A stretch of DNA of 64,000 nt from an uncultured Candidatus Binatia bacterium. Its GTDB lineage: Bacteria > Desulfobacterota > Binatia > UBA9968 > JAJDTQ01. The stretch covers positions 1,935,293-1,999,292 of the forward strand of contig OZ241976.1 of NCBI GenBank assembly GCA_965204205.1, in the 5' to 3' direction. The stretch's first letter is position 1. Every line of letters begins with the position of its first letter. The notes below the pieces were generated by a model, which saw nothing but the letters and a program-made list of their open reading frames with translations, was not told where the DNA came from and did not search any database. Shown in pieces: positions 18,695 through 28,414 of the stretch. The position numbers and the translations under genes are program-made.

Positions 18695-19408
18695 ATGCCG
18701 GAGCTGTTCCTCATCCTGGTGACCTTCGTCGCCTCCACCACGGCGGCGGTAGTGGGCCTCGGCGGCGGCATCCTGCTGATCTCGGTGATGCCGGGGCTGA
18801 TTCCAACCTTCGCCATCATCCCGGTGCACGGGATGGTGCAGATTTTCAGCAACCTCACACGCACGCTGTTCGGGCTGCGGCACATGGTGTGGTCGCTCTT
18901 CGCCCCGTTCGTGGCGGGCGCCGTGCTGGGCGCCGCCCTGGGCTCGACGCTGGTGGTGGACATCCGCTCCGACTACCTGCCGTTGATCATCGGCTGCTTC
19001 ATCCTGCTCATCACCTGGGCCCCGACCATCCGAAGCGTACCGCAAGTGCCTGGCAAGTTCGGCATCATCGGCGCGGTGCAGACCTTCCTCTCGCTGTTCG
19101 TGGGGGTGGTGGGGCCCTTGAACATGCCCTTCCTGATACGCGAGGGGCTGTCCCGCGACCGCCTGGTGATCACGCACTCCACGCAGATGACCGCCGTGCA
19201 CATCATCAAGGTGTCGACTTTCTCCTTGCTTGGATTCGCCTTTGCACCGTACCTTTACCTGATGGCGGGCATGATCCTGAGCGCGACCCTGGGTTCCTGG
19301 GTGGGCACCCGTTGGCGCGCCCGGGTTCCGGAGGCCCTGTTCCGAAAGATCCTGAAATGGGTCGTTACGCTGCTGGCATTGCGGATGATCGTGGGCGTGG
19401 GAATATAG
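18695..19408 (+). CDS. TauE/SafE (TSUP) family sulfite-exporter-like membrane protein
   Basis: GLGGG N-terminal motif, about 8 hydrophobic segments in an internal repeat. Confidence 0.8.
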   Translation: MPELFLILVTFVASTTAAVVGLGGGILLISVMPGLIPTFAIIPVHGMVQIFSNLTRTLFGLRHMVWSLFAPFVAGAVLGAALGSTLVVDIRSDYLPLIIGCFILLITWAPTIRSVPQVPGKFGIIGAVQTFLSLFVGVVGPLNMPFLIREGLSRDRLVITHSTQMTAVHIIKVSTFSLLGFAFAPYLYLMAGMILSATLGSWVGTRWRARVPEALFRKILKWVVTLLALRMIVGVGI

Positions 19409-19460
19409 TCGGCTGCGGCACGCAGATCGAGAGCCGCCGGAAAGGAGGCGATGAAGAGCC

Positions 19461-20849
19461 ATGGCCAAGGAACGAATCAAGGACCTGCTCGATTCCGGCG
19501 TCGCGGGCACGGAGGTGACCGTCGAAGGGTGGCTGCGCACCGTGCGCCACAGCAAGAACGTCTCGTTCCTCGACATCTCGGACGGTTCGTGCATGGCCGG
19601 CATCCAGGCCGTGGCCGCCCCCGAGCTGCCCAACTACCAGGCGGAGATCGGCAAGCTCACCACCGGGTGCTGCGTGCGCGTGGACGGCCGGCTGGTGGAA
19701 TCGCCGGGCAAGGGGCAGCGCTTGGAGATCCAGGCGGCGCAGGTGGAAGTGGTGGGCTACGCCGACGACGACTATCCGCTCCAGAAGAAGCGCCACAGCT
19801 TCGAATTCCTGCGCACCCTGGGTCATCTGCGCATGCGCACCAACACCTTCGGCGCGGTCATGCGGGTGCGGAACGCCGCGGCGCAGGCCATTCACGGGTT
19901 CTTTCAGGAACGCGGCTTCATCCACCTCCACGCCCCCATCATCACGCTTTCCGACTGCGAAGGCGCGGGCGAGATGTTCCGGGTGTCGGCGCTGGACCCC
20001 GACCAAGCGCCGCGCACCGAAGGCGGGAGGGTCGACTACTCCCAGGACTTCTTCGGCAAGGAGGCGCGCCTCACCGTATCCGGGCAGCTCGAGGCGGAGA
20101 TCGCCGCCCTGGCCCTGACCAACGTCTACACCTTCGGGCCGACGTTCCGCTCGGAGAACTCCAACACCAGCCGGCATCTGGCCGAGTTCTGGATGGTGGA
20201 GCCCGAGATGGCCTTCTGCGACATCCAGGGCAACATGGACCTGGCCGAGGCGTTCCTGAAGGACGTCGCCAAGGGCGTGATGGAGAGCTGTCCCGAGGAC
20301 ATGGACTTCTTCAACCAGCGCATCGACGACACGGTGCTCGAGACCCTCACGAACATCGTGGAGCAGCCCTTCGAGCGCATGACCTATACCGAGGCGGTGG
20401 ACATCCTCCAACGTTCCGGGCGCACCTTCGAGTACCCGGTGTCGTGGGGGGTCAACCTCCAGAGCGAGCATGAACGCTACCTCGTGGAAGAGCACGTCGG
20501 CCGGCCGGTGATGGTCATCGACTATCCCAAGGAGATCAAGGCGTTCTACATGTACCTCAACGACGACGAACGCACGGTGGCGGCCATGGACGTGCTGGTG
20601 CCCAAGATCGGCGAGATCATCGGCGGCTCGCAGCGAGAGCACCGCCTGGCGCAACTCCGGCAGCGAATACAAGAATGCGGCCTCCCCGAGGAGGAGTATT
20701 GGTGGTACCTGGAGCTTCGGCGCTACGGCTCGGCGCCCCACGCCGGCTTCGGCCTGGGCTTCGAGCGCCTGGTCCAGTTCATGACCGGTCTCGGCAACAT
20801 ACGCGACGTCATCCCCTTTCCCCGGGTCCCCGGCTTCGCGGAGTTCTGA
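19461..20849 (+). CDS. asnS: Asparagine--tRNA ligase
   Basis: [54 protein letters not shown]. Confidence 0.97.
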   Translation: MAKERIKDLLDSGVAGTEVTVEGWLRTVRHSKNVSFLDISDGSCMAGIQAVAAPELPNYQAEIGKLTTGCCVRVDGRLVESPGKGQRLEIQAAQVEVVGYADDDYPLQKKRHSFEFLRTLGHLRMRTNTFGAVMRVRNAAAQAIHGFFQERGFIHLHAPIITLSDCEGAGEMFRVSALDPDQAPRTEGGRVDYSQDFFGKEARLTVSGQLEAEIAALALTNVYTFGPTFRSENSNTSRHLAEFWMVEPEMAFCDIQGNMDLAEAFLKDVAKGVMESCPEDMDFFNQRIDDTVLETLTNIVEQPFERMTYTEAVDILQRSGRTFEYPVSWGVNLQSEHERYLVEEHVGRPVMVIDYPKEIKAFYMYLNDDERTVAAMDVLVPKIGEIIGGSQREHRLAQLRQRIQECGLPEEEYWWYLELRRYGSAPHAGFGLGFERLVQFMTGLGNIRDVIPFPRVPGFAEF

Positions 20850-21010
20850 CCCTATTCCGGGAACCCGACAGCCCCTCTCCGTCGTTTCCGTAGTCCCCCG
20901 TCTTTTCCGCGGGAATCCGGGCGGAGTCGCCGGGGGCAGATTTGCCGGGCCGATCGCACCTTGATATGCTCCACGCTTTCACCCAACAACCCAACCCGGA
21001 GGCTCCCCCG

Positions 21011-22147
21011 ATGATCGAAGCACCGTTTCCGCAGGACGAGTACGAATCACGGCACCAGCAGCTCCAGCGGCTCATGGAGCGCGACGAGCTGGACCTCGTC
21101 GTGGCCTCGGGACGCGACAACTTCTGGTACTTCACCGGCCTCGTGAGCTACCAGTTCGACCACCTGATGCGGCCCGAGATCTGCTTCATCCCCAGGGAGG
21201 GCAGGCCCTTCGCGCTGGTGTACGGCAACAACAAGACCAAGGCCGAGGCGCTGCCCTGGTTCGGCGAGGTGCGGAGCTACGTGGACGTGCCCTTTCCGCG
21301 GGAGATGCTGAGCGAGTTCCTGAACGACATGGGATACGGCTCGGCGAAACTGGGCTTCGAGCTGGATGACGACCAGCGGCTGGGCTTTCCGGTGAACTAC
21401 CTGACGCAGCTCACCGAGGCGCTGCCCAAGGCCAAGATCGAGGACGGCTCGGCGGCTCTCACCGATCAGCGCCTGCTCAAGAGCCCGCGGGAGATGGAGA
21501 ACATGCGCAAGGCCTGCGACATCTCGGTGAGCGCCTTCGACCGCATCCTGCCGGACCTGAAGGCCGGGATCACCCGCCGCGAGGTGGCCGAACGCCTTTA
21601 CATCGCCATGATCGAGGAAGGCGCCCACCCGCGCCATCCCGGCTTTCTCATGCTGAACGCATCCACCAAGTACGACGAGCGGCGCTACGAGAAGGGCGAC
21701 CGCCTGATCGCGGACTTCGGCGCGTGCTACGAGGGCTACTACGGCGACATCACCCGCCAGGCGATCTTCGGCGCCCCGAGCGACGATCAGACCAAGGAGC
21801 ACGGGCTGGCGCTGCACCTGATTCAGGAATGCGTCAGGATCATGAAGCCGGGAACGCCCATCAGCGAGATCCCGCGGACCGCCAACGCCGAGCTGAAGCG
21901 GCACGGCTATCCCGAGGTGGAGAGCCCCAAACGCATCGGACACGGCATCGGAATGGCGCGGGCCGAGCCCCCCTCCATCAGCGAGGCCGAGGTCCGCAAC
22001 GTGGAGGTGGGCATGGTGCTGGCCATCGAGCCGAAGGTGCGCATCCCGGGAGCCTCCATACACCTGGAAGAGGACGTATTCATCACGGCGGACGGCGCCG
22101 AGCCCCTGACCGCCGGTGCCGAACGGCTCCACGTCATCGAACCATGA
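21011..22147 (+). CDS. M24 family (Xaa-Pro peptidase/creatinase-like) metallohydrolase
   Basis: Creatinase-like N-domain, KSPRE, D..GDITR, GHGIG, IEP, LEED metal ligands. Confidence 0.85.
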   Translation: MIEAPFPQDEYESRHQQLQRLMERDELDLVVASGRDNFWYFTGLVSYQFDHLMRPEICFIPREGRPFALVYGNNKTKAEALPWFGEVRSYVDVPFPREMLSEFLNDMGYGSAKLGFELDDDQRLGFPVNYLTQLTEALPKAKIEDGSAALTDQRLLKSPREMENMRKACDISVSAFDRILPDLKAGITRREVAERLYIAMIEEGAHPRHPGFLMLNASTKYDERRYEKGDRLIADFGACYEGYYGDITRQAIFGAPSDDQTKEHGLALHLIQECVRIMKPGTPISEIPRTANAELKRHGYPEVESPKRIGHGIGMARAEPPSISEAEVRNVEVGMVLAIEPKVRIPGASIHLEEDVFITADGAEPLTAGAERLHVIEP

Positions 22148-22197
22148 GGCGGCCGGGCCACGGAGCCCGACCCAAAGGGCGATAGCCGGGGAACGCC

Positions 22198-23184
22198 ATG
22201 GCCAACGGAATCCTTTATCTGTCCAACGACGACGTCAAGCGCCTTCTGGATCTGGGCGACGCCATCGACATCGTCAAGTCCGCCCTGGAGGACCACAGCG
22301 CCGGACGGGTGGGCTGGTCCACACCGGAGGACCTCGCGGTCAAGCCCGAGCAGGGGTGGCAGTACTGGGTCACCGGCTGCTCGCTGGACGCCGCGGCCGG
22401 GTTCCGCTTCCGCGCCATCAAGGCCGCGGGCGGGAGCCGCGACCCGTCGCGACCGCCACAGGGCCCCCGGCGCATCCTCATCCTGAGCGACCGCGAGGGA
22501 GGCGAGGTCACCGCCATCATGGACGAGGACTGGTGCCATTCGGTGCGGACCGGCGCCGCCGCCACCGTGGCCTGCCAAGCCCTGTCCCGCCGGGGCGCGT
22601 CGGTGATGGCCATGCTGGGCGTGGGCGATACCGCCCGTGCCACCGTGCCGGTCATGTCGCGCGCCTTCGACCTGTCGGAGGTGCGGGTGCTGTCGCGGCG
22701 CCCCGAGACCCGGGAAACCTTCGCGCGGGAAGTGGGCGAGGAACTGGACCTGAACGTCGTTCCCTGCGACACCGCACCCGAGGCGCTGGACGGCGCCGAC
22801 CTCGTGGTCTCCGCGACCACCACATCCGAACCCTTCGTCAAGCAGGAATGGATCGGTCCCGGCGCCTTCGTCTACTCCATCGGAAAGCACCAGGAGCTCG
22901 AAAACGCCGCCTACAAGGGAATGGGAAAGTTCGTGGTGGACAGTTGGGCCCAATGCAAGAAGAAGTCGGACGTAGACAGGATGCTTCGGGAAGGATTCCT
23001 CACGCGAGACGACGTCTACGCCGAGATTCCGGACGTCCTGTCGGGAAAGGTTCCCGGTCGGGAGGACGACGAAGAACGAATCTTCATGCGCGCCATCGGC
23101 CTGGTGAACCAGGACATCTCGCTGGCCGCCTGGCTCTACCGGAAGGCGGTGGAGGAAGGCGCGGGAACCCGCCTGCCGTATTGA
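22198..23184 (+). CDS. Ornithine cyclodeaminase/mu-crystallin family protein (paralog 5)
   Basis: VRTGAAA, LGVGDTA, GREDDEERIF..IGLVNQD. Confidence 0.85.
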   Translation: MANGILYLSNDDVKRLLDLGDAIDIVKSALEDHSAGRVGWSTPEDLAVKPEQGWQYWVTGCSLDAAAGFRFRAIKAAGGSRDPSRPPQGPRRILILSDREGGEVTAIMDEDWCHSVRTGAAATVACQALSRRGASVMAMLGVGDTARATVPVMSRAFDLSEVRVLSRRPETRETFAREVGEELDLNVVPCDTAPEALDGADLVVSATTTSEPFVKQEWIGPGAFVYSIGKHQELENAAYKGMGKFVVDSWAQCKKKSDVDRMLREGFLTRDDVYAEIPDVLSGKVPGREDDEERIFMRAIGLVNQDISLAAWLYRKAVEEGAGTRLPY

Positions 23185-23864
23185 TGGACATCTTTCTTCT
23201 CATGGGCCAGTCCAACATGGCGGGCCGCGGACTCCTGGAAGACGTGGAGCCCATCCTCGACGAGCGCATCCACGCGTTCCAGGACGGACGCTGGGCCATG
23301 GCCGAAGAGCCTCTCCACCACGACCGCCCCACCGCCGGCATCGGCTTGGCCATGAGCTTTGCCCGGTCGGTGCTGGAGGCCAACCCCGACACCGAAATCG
23401 GCCTGGTGCCGCGCGCCGTGGGCTCGACCCCCCTCGAACGGTGGATGCCGGGCGCCGACCTCTACGAAGGCGCCATGACCGCGGCCCGCGACGCCGCTCG
23501 TGACGGCGCCATCAAGGCCATCCTGTGGCACCAGGGGGAACATGACTCCAAGGTCGAAGCCGACGCCGCCAGCTATTGTCAGCGGTTTACGGCCATGGTG
23601 ACGACCGTGAGGGAACGGCTCGGCGTGCCGGCGCTCCCGGTAATCGTAGGAGAGCTGGGAGCCTATCTCACGGCACGTCCCGATTTTCCGCACTACCGCA
23701 TCGTAAACGCCGAGCTGCGCAAGATCCCCGGCACCCTCCCCCACTCCGCGTTCGTCAGCGCCGAGGGCCTGACCGACAAAGGCGACGACCTGCACTACGA
23801 TGCTCGGTCTTTACGGATCTTCGGGGAGCGCTATGCGGCCACGTATTTGGCGATGCAACCCTAG
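23184..23864 (+). CDS. Sialate O-acetylesterase (SASA/DUF303) family SGNH hydrolase
   Basis: GQSNM, WHQGE, DDLH motifs; TGATG coupling to the upstream gene. Confidence 0.9.
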   Translation: MDIFLLMGQSNMAGRGLLEDVEPILDERIHAFQDGRWAMAEEPLHHDRPTAGIGLAMSFARSVLEANPDTEIGLVPRAVGSTPLERWMPGADLYEGAMTAARDAARDGAIKAILWHQGEHDSKVEADAASYCQRFTAMVTTVRERLGVPALPVIVGELGAYLTARPDFPHYRIVNAELRKIPGTLPHSAFVSAEGLTDKGDDLHYDARSLRIFGERYAATYLAMQP

Positions 23865-23931
23865 TGTTGCGTCCCGTGAGTTCCTGGCATAATTCGCTGG
23901 TCCTTATCGCCGTCGCCCGTGACCATCGTCG

Positions 23932-24858
23932 TCAGTGTCCAGTGCCTGTTTGTCCCCTGGCCAACCGATTCAAGCCGAGCACGAGCAGGAATCCCGAGAC
24001 GCACAGCCCGAGCGCCAGCCAGAAGACACCGTCGAGTTCCGGAAGCACGTTGACCTCGCGCAGGATCGTCGCTTCGCCTGGCCCCGGAATGACTGTCTTG
24101 AACGGCCATACCTTCCGCAACGACCCCGCCATGAAACCGATGAGTAGCGCGATGGTGATCTGGTGGTGGCGGCGCAGCAGCCAGCTCAGGATCCGCACGA
24201 ACGGCAGGATGCCGCATATGGCGCCCTTGACCAGGGGCAGGATGGCGAGAAAGTCCCGGTCGCGGACCGCGTCGATGGCGAACTCGTACTGGCCCAGGAC
24301 CAGGAGGATGAAGGAGCCGGAGACGCCGGGCAGCATCATCGCGGTGATGGCGGCGGCCCCGCTCAGGAAGAGAGTGACGGCATCGTGGGGCATGTCCCTG
24401 GGGACCAGGCCCACCAGCCACCAGGCGGCCGCCGCACCCAGCAACAGGCACGCCGCCGCGGTCACGGACCAGCGCAAGCGCGCGGCCACGGTCACCATGC
24501 TGGCCAGGACCAGTCCCAGGAAGAAGGCGAACAGCGGCACCGGGTGGTGGTCCAGCAGCCATCCGACGGGACCGGCCAGCGCCAGGACGGCGGCGACGAT
24601 ACCGGCGCCGAGCACCACCAGGAACCGCCACGGAACGGCGGCGACCGCCTCGCGGAAGCGCAGGCGCACCAGCATGAGCAGCAGCCGCCAGTTGAACGTC
24701 TTGAGGGCGTCCACGAGCTCCTCGTAGATGCCCATGATGAAAGCCATGGTGCCGCCGGAGACGCCGGGGACCACGTCGGCGGCGCCCATGGTCAGGCCGG
24801 AGAAGGCCACGTAAAGATAGTGCTTCAGCCCGCGGTCCGGGCGGCTGGTGGCGGCCAC
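23932..24858 (-). CDS. DUF368 family membrane protein (undecaprenyl-phosphate translocase family)
   Basis: Duplicated motif ADVVPGVSGGT / MMLPGVSGSF; GSLRKVWPF. Confidence 0.9.
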   Translation of the reverse strand: MAATSRPDRGLKHYLYVAFSGLTMGAADVVPGVSGGTMAFIMGIYEELVDALKTFNWRLLLMLVRLRFREAVAAVPWRFLVVLGAGIVAAVLALAGPVGWLLDHHPVPLFAFFLGLVLASMVTVAARLRWSVTAAACLLLGAAAAWWLVGLVPRDMPHDAVTLFLSGAAAITAMMLPGVSGSFILLVLGQYEFAIDAVRDRDFLAILPLVKGAICGILPFVRILSWLLRRHHQITIALLIGFMAGSLRKVWPFKTVIPGPGEATILREVNVLPELDGVFWLALGLCVSGFLLVLGLNRLARGQTGTGH

Positions 24859-24865
24859 GCTGCCG

Positions 24866-25831
24866 CTACAATCCCAGCGCCGCCTGCTTCTCTTTCCACG
24901 CGGCCATCAGCTCGTCTTTCTCCTCCCCCATGTGGCCGATGGCCTGGGCGACGATGTCCACGCCCACGAGGTCGGACCAGCCCTTGAGAAGCCGCACCGT
25001 CACCGGGCCGGGGGCGTCGTACGGGAAGCGGACGCCGTTGATGCTCTTGATCGGGACGATGGTGGGGCTGGTGCTGGTGAGGAAGGCCTCGTCCGCGTTC
25101 AGGCAGTCGTAGGGCGTCAGGTCCGCCTCCTCCACCTCCAGATCCAGCGGTTCGGCCAGCTCTCCGAGCACCGCCCGGGTGATGCCGCCCAGCACGTTCT
25201 TGGAACCCGGCGTGTAGACCTTGCCGCCGATGACCGCGAAGAAGTTGTGGGCGTTGCTCTCGGCGATGTTGCCGTCGAGGTCCAGCATCAGCGGGATCGC
25301 CTTGGGGTCCGCCTGCCTGGCCTCGAAAGTCGCGATGATGTGGTTCATCTTGTTGGTGATCTTGGCCTTGGATTCCAGGCACTGGGGCGGAATGCGCCGG
25401 GTGGCCGGCACGATGATGGTTACGCCCTCGACGTAGTGGCGGCAGAAACCCGTGAAGTCCACGTCCATGCAATAGATGGCCACGGTGGCGTCGGTGTTTG
25501 CGCGGGGTCCGGTCGAGGAGCGCGCCCCCCGGCTCACCACCTGCCAGATGGAGTAGTCGTCGTCCGGACCCAGGAGGTCCTTGTTGCGCTCGAGCACTTC
25601 CAGACACGCCGCTTCCATCTCGTCCTGCGACATGCCGCAGTCGATGCGGGTGTACTTGAGCGACCGGAACAGGCGGTCGTTGTGCTCCTTCAGCTTGAAC
25701 GGCTCGTGTTTGAAGGTCCGGGTGACGTCGTAGACGCCGTCGCCGGCGTGGAAGCCCATGTCGAGAACCGACACCTTGGCCTCGCTCTCCGGCACGAAGC
25801 TGCCGTTCAGATAGACGATCTTTTCATGCAT
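24866..25831 (-). CDS. Class IV PLP-dependent aminotransferase (IlvE/DAT-like)
   Basis: AKVSVLD.GF..GDGVY, PLP Lys in AKITN, ESNAHN, LGGITR, ADEAFLTST. Confidence 0.88.
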   Translation of the reverse strand: MHEKIVYLNGSFVPESEAKVSVLDMGFHAGDGVYDVTRTFKHEPFKLKEHNDRLFRSLKYTRIDCGMSQDEMEAACLEVLERNKDLLGPDDDYSIWQVVSRGARSSTGPRANTDATVAIYCMDVDFTGFCRHYVEGVTIIVPATRRIPPQCLESKAKITNKMNHIIATFEARQADPKAIPLMLDLDGNIAESNAHNFFAVIGGKVYTPGSKNVLGGITRAVLGELAEPLDLEVEEADLTPYDCLNADEAFLTSTSPTIVPIKSINGVRFPYDAPGPVTVRLLKGWSDLVGVDIVAQAIGHMGEEKDELMAAWKEKQAALGL

Positions 25832-25961
25832 TTCAGCGCCTCCGTCCTGGATGAAATAGGAAATGACGGGAATTTACTACGAAACCGCCCCACGGTCCAT
25901 TTGACGCGGGAACACCTTTTTCGTTTCGCGTTGATTGACATGGGGGTTCCGCGTGGCAAAA

Positions 25962-26009
25962 GTGTAAGTATAGGCACGTGTAAGTATAGGCACGTGTAAG
26001 TATAGGCAC
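25962..26009. repeat. Perfect tandem repeat, 3 x GTGTAAGTATAGGCAC (16 bp), upstream of msrP
   Basis: Read directly; ends 40 nt before the msrP ATG. Confidence 0.95.
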
Positions 26010-26049
26010 GGCGCACGCCATCCTCCCCTCACGAAGAAAGGAACCCCTC

Positions 26050-27009
26050 ATGCTGATCAAGAGGCCCGACGACATCAAGAGCAGCGAGATCACGGACAAG
26101 AAGCTGTACCTGAACCGGCGCCGCTTCATTCAGGCCGCATCGCTGGGAGCCGCGGGCATCGGCACCGGCCTGCTGGCCCACGGCCTGTTCGGCACCATGG
26201 AGGAGGCCCGGGCGGCCAAGAAACTCGAGGGCTTCACCACCGGCAAGTTCTCCACGGACGAGCCCAAGACCCCGCTCAAGGACATCACGAGCTACAACAA
26301 CTTCTACGAGTTCGGCACCGACAAGGGGGACCCGAAGCGGTATGCAGGGAGCCTCAAGACCCGGCCCTGGACCGTCGAGGTGGAGGGCGAGGTGCACAAG
26401 CCCAAGACCTTCGACATAGAGGAACTGCTCAAGATGCCGCTGGAGGAACGGGTCTACCGGCTGCGCTGCGTGGAGGCGTGGTCCATGGTGATCCCCTGGA
26501 TCGGCTTCGAGTTGAGCCACCTCATCAAGGCGGTGGAGCCCACCAACAACGCCAAGTACATCCAGTTCGTCACGCTGTACGACACCGAGCAGATGCCCGG
26601 AGTGCGCCGCGACATTCTGGACTGGCCCTACAAGGAGGGCCTGCGCATGGACGAGGCCATGAACCCGCTGACCATCATGGGGGTGGGACTCTACGGCGAG
26701 GTGATGCCCAACCAGAACGGCGCGCCCATCCGCCTGGTGGTGCCGTGGAAGTACGGGTTCAAGAGCGCCAAGTCCATCGTGAAGATCCGCTTCGTGGAGA
26801 AGGAGCCGCCCACGGCCTGGAACGTCGCGGCCCCGAACGAGTACGGCTTCTACTCCAACGTCAATCCCACGGTAAACCACCCCCGTTGGAGCCAGGCGAG
26901 CGAGCGCCGCATCGGCGATTTCTTCCGGCGCAAGACGCTCATGTTCAACGGCTACGAGGAGCAGGTGGCCCACCTTTACAAGGGGATGGACCTGAAGAAG
27001 CTATACTGA
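26050..27009 (+). CDS. msrP: Protein-methionine-sulfoxide reductase catalytic subunit MsrP
   Basis: Tat signal [46 protein letters not shown]. Confidence 0.96.
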   Translation: MLIKRPDDIKSSEITDKKLYLNRRRFIQAASLGAAGIGTGLLAHGLFGTMEEARAAKKLEGFTTGKFSTDEPKTPLKDITSYNNFYEFGTDKGDPKRYAGSLKTRPWTVEVEGEVHKPKTFDIEELLKMPLEERVYRLRCVEAWSMVIPWIGFELSHLIKAVEPTNNAKYIQFVTLYDTEQMPGVRRDILDWPYKEGLRMDEAMNPLTIMGVGLYGEVMPNQNGAPIRLVVPWKYGFKSAKSIVKIRFVEKEPPTAWNVAAPNEYGFYSNVNPTVNHPRWSQASERRIGDFFRRKTLMFNGYEEQVAHLYKGMDLKKLY

Positions 27010-27010
27010 C

Positions 27011-27631
27011 GTGGCCGCGATCAAATCGTTTACCTGGATCAAGGTACTCGTCTTCGCGCTGGCCCTCATCCCGGCCGCGCGTCTCGTGGTCGGCCTCTTC
27101 ACCGGTGGCCTGGGGGCCAATCCGGTGGAGCACATCACCCACACTACCGGCACCTTCGCCCTGGTGTTCCTGATGATCACGCTGGCGGTGACGCCGCTCC
27201 GGCGCATCACGGGATACGGCAGTCTCATCAGGCTTCGGCGCATGCTCGGCCTGTTCGCGTTCTTCTATACCTGCCTGCACCTTTCCACCTTCGTGGTGCT
27301 GGACCACTTCTTCGACCCCGCCGCGATCCTCCAAGACGTTTTCAAGCGGCCTTACATCACCGCGGGATCCGTCGGTTTCCTGCTGATGGTGCCGCTCGCC
27401 GCCACCTCCACCGCGGGCTGGATCCGAAGGCTCGGCGGCCGCCGCTGGCAGCTCCTCCACCGTCTCGTCTACTTCTCCGCCATCGCCGGCGTCGTGCACT
27501 TCCTGTGGCTGGTGAAGGCCGACCTGCGGGAGCCCCTCATTTACGCCAGCGTGCTGGCGGTGCTGCTGGGCTACCGCATCGCGGTGTGGCGCAACGCGCC
27601 GTGGGCGAAGAAGCGGCCGGCCCGCGCGTGA
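27011..27631 (+). CDS. msrQ: Heme-binding membrane subunit MsrQ
   Basis: RRMLGL..FFY..LH, KRPYI, LAATS, WQLLHRLVY; follows msrP. Confidence 0.94.
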   Translation: MAAIKSFTWIKVLVFALALIPAARLVVGLFTGGLGANPVEHITHTTGTFALVFLMITLAVTPLRRITGYGSLIRLRRMLGLFAFFYTCLHLSTFVVLDHFFDPAAILQDVFKRPYITAGSVGFLLMVPLAATSTAGWIRRLGGRRWQLLHRLVYFSAIAGVVHFLWLVKADLREPLIYASVLAVLLGYRIAVWRNAPWAKKRPARA

Positions 27632-27632
27632 T

Positions 27633-27662
27633 TTGACAGGGGCGCAGCCTCCCCGCTATAAA
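27633..27662 (+). promoter_or_regulatory. Candidate sigma70 promoter for the molybdenum hydroxylase operon
   Basis: TTGACA-N18-TATAAA upstream of the coxS-like gene. Confidence 0.45.
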
Positions 27663-27787
27663 TCCGTGCTTGGGTAGTCTCAGGGCGCGGCCGGTTTCTC
27701 GGCCGCGCCTTCGATTATGGACCGCGATCACACTCCCGGAACGCGCCGGGGACACGATCCGAACACGGCAGGAGCGACGTTGACGCC

Positions 27788-28252
27788 ATGAAACAGACGG
27801 TTCGGGTGACCGTCAACGGACGGTTGTACGAGGAAGAGGTGGAGCCCCGCCAGCTCCTTTCCTACTTCCTGCGGGAGACCATCGGCCTTACCGGCACGCA
27901 CATCGGCTGCATCATCGGCGAGTGCGGCGCCTGCAGCGTGCAGGTGGACGGCACGCTGGTGAAGTCGTGCCTCATGTTCGCGGTGCAGGCCAACGGCAAG
28001 GAGATCACCACCATCGAGGGGCTGGCGGACGGCGACACGCTTCACCCGGTGCAGGAGTCCTTCATCAACAACTACGGCTTCCAGTGCGGCTACTGCACGC
28101 CCGGCATGATCATGGCTGCCCACGCTCTCTTGAAGAAGAACCCGGACCCCAGCGAGGAGGAGATCCGCGAGGGGCTGGCGGGGAACCTGTGCATGTGCAC
28201 CGGGTACGTGCAGATCGTGGCGGCGGTGAAGGAAGCCGCGGGACAGGTCTAG
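27788..28252 (+). CDS. Xanthine dehydrogenase family 2x[2Fe-2S] small subunit (CoxS/CutS-like)
   Basis: [25 protein letters not shown]. Confidence 0.93.
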   Translation: MKQTVRVTVNGRLYEEEVEPRQLLSYFLRETIGLTGTHIGCIIGECGACSVQVDGTLVKSCLMFAVQANGKEITTIEGLADGDTLHPVQESFINNYGFQCGYCTPGMIMAAHALLKKNPDPSEEEIREGLAGNLCMCTGYVQIVAAVKEAAGQV

Positions 28253-28413
28253 TGTGGTGTCCTATAGAACCGCGTGGGAAGATGCGCGGGAATTCTTGTC
28301 GTCGGCAAGGCGCGACGACGAGCAGTGGCCACTACCACGCGAGGAGGAGCAACGCGGCCGACGGCAAGAAGGACCCGCAGATTCCCATGCGGTTCTATAG
28401 GACACCACACTAG
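28249..28413. mobile_element. MITE with ~32-bp terminal inverted repeats, bounded by CTAG
   Basis: CTAGTGTGGTGTCCTATAGAACCGC(G/A)TGGGAA at both ends in inverted orientation (1 mismatch); inner inverted repeats; no coding capacity. Confidence 0.85.
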
Positions 28414-28414
28414 A

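Noticed and set aside
25962-26009. CRISPR array
   Set aside because: The 16-bp units are contiguous with no spacers, and there are no cas genes
28274-28414. 47-aa N-terminal extension of the CoxL-like protein in the ORF track
   Set aside because: It is read through the MITE; the family-like sequence begins at ATG 28415
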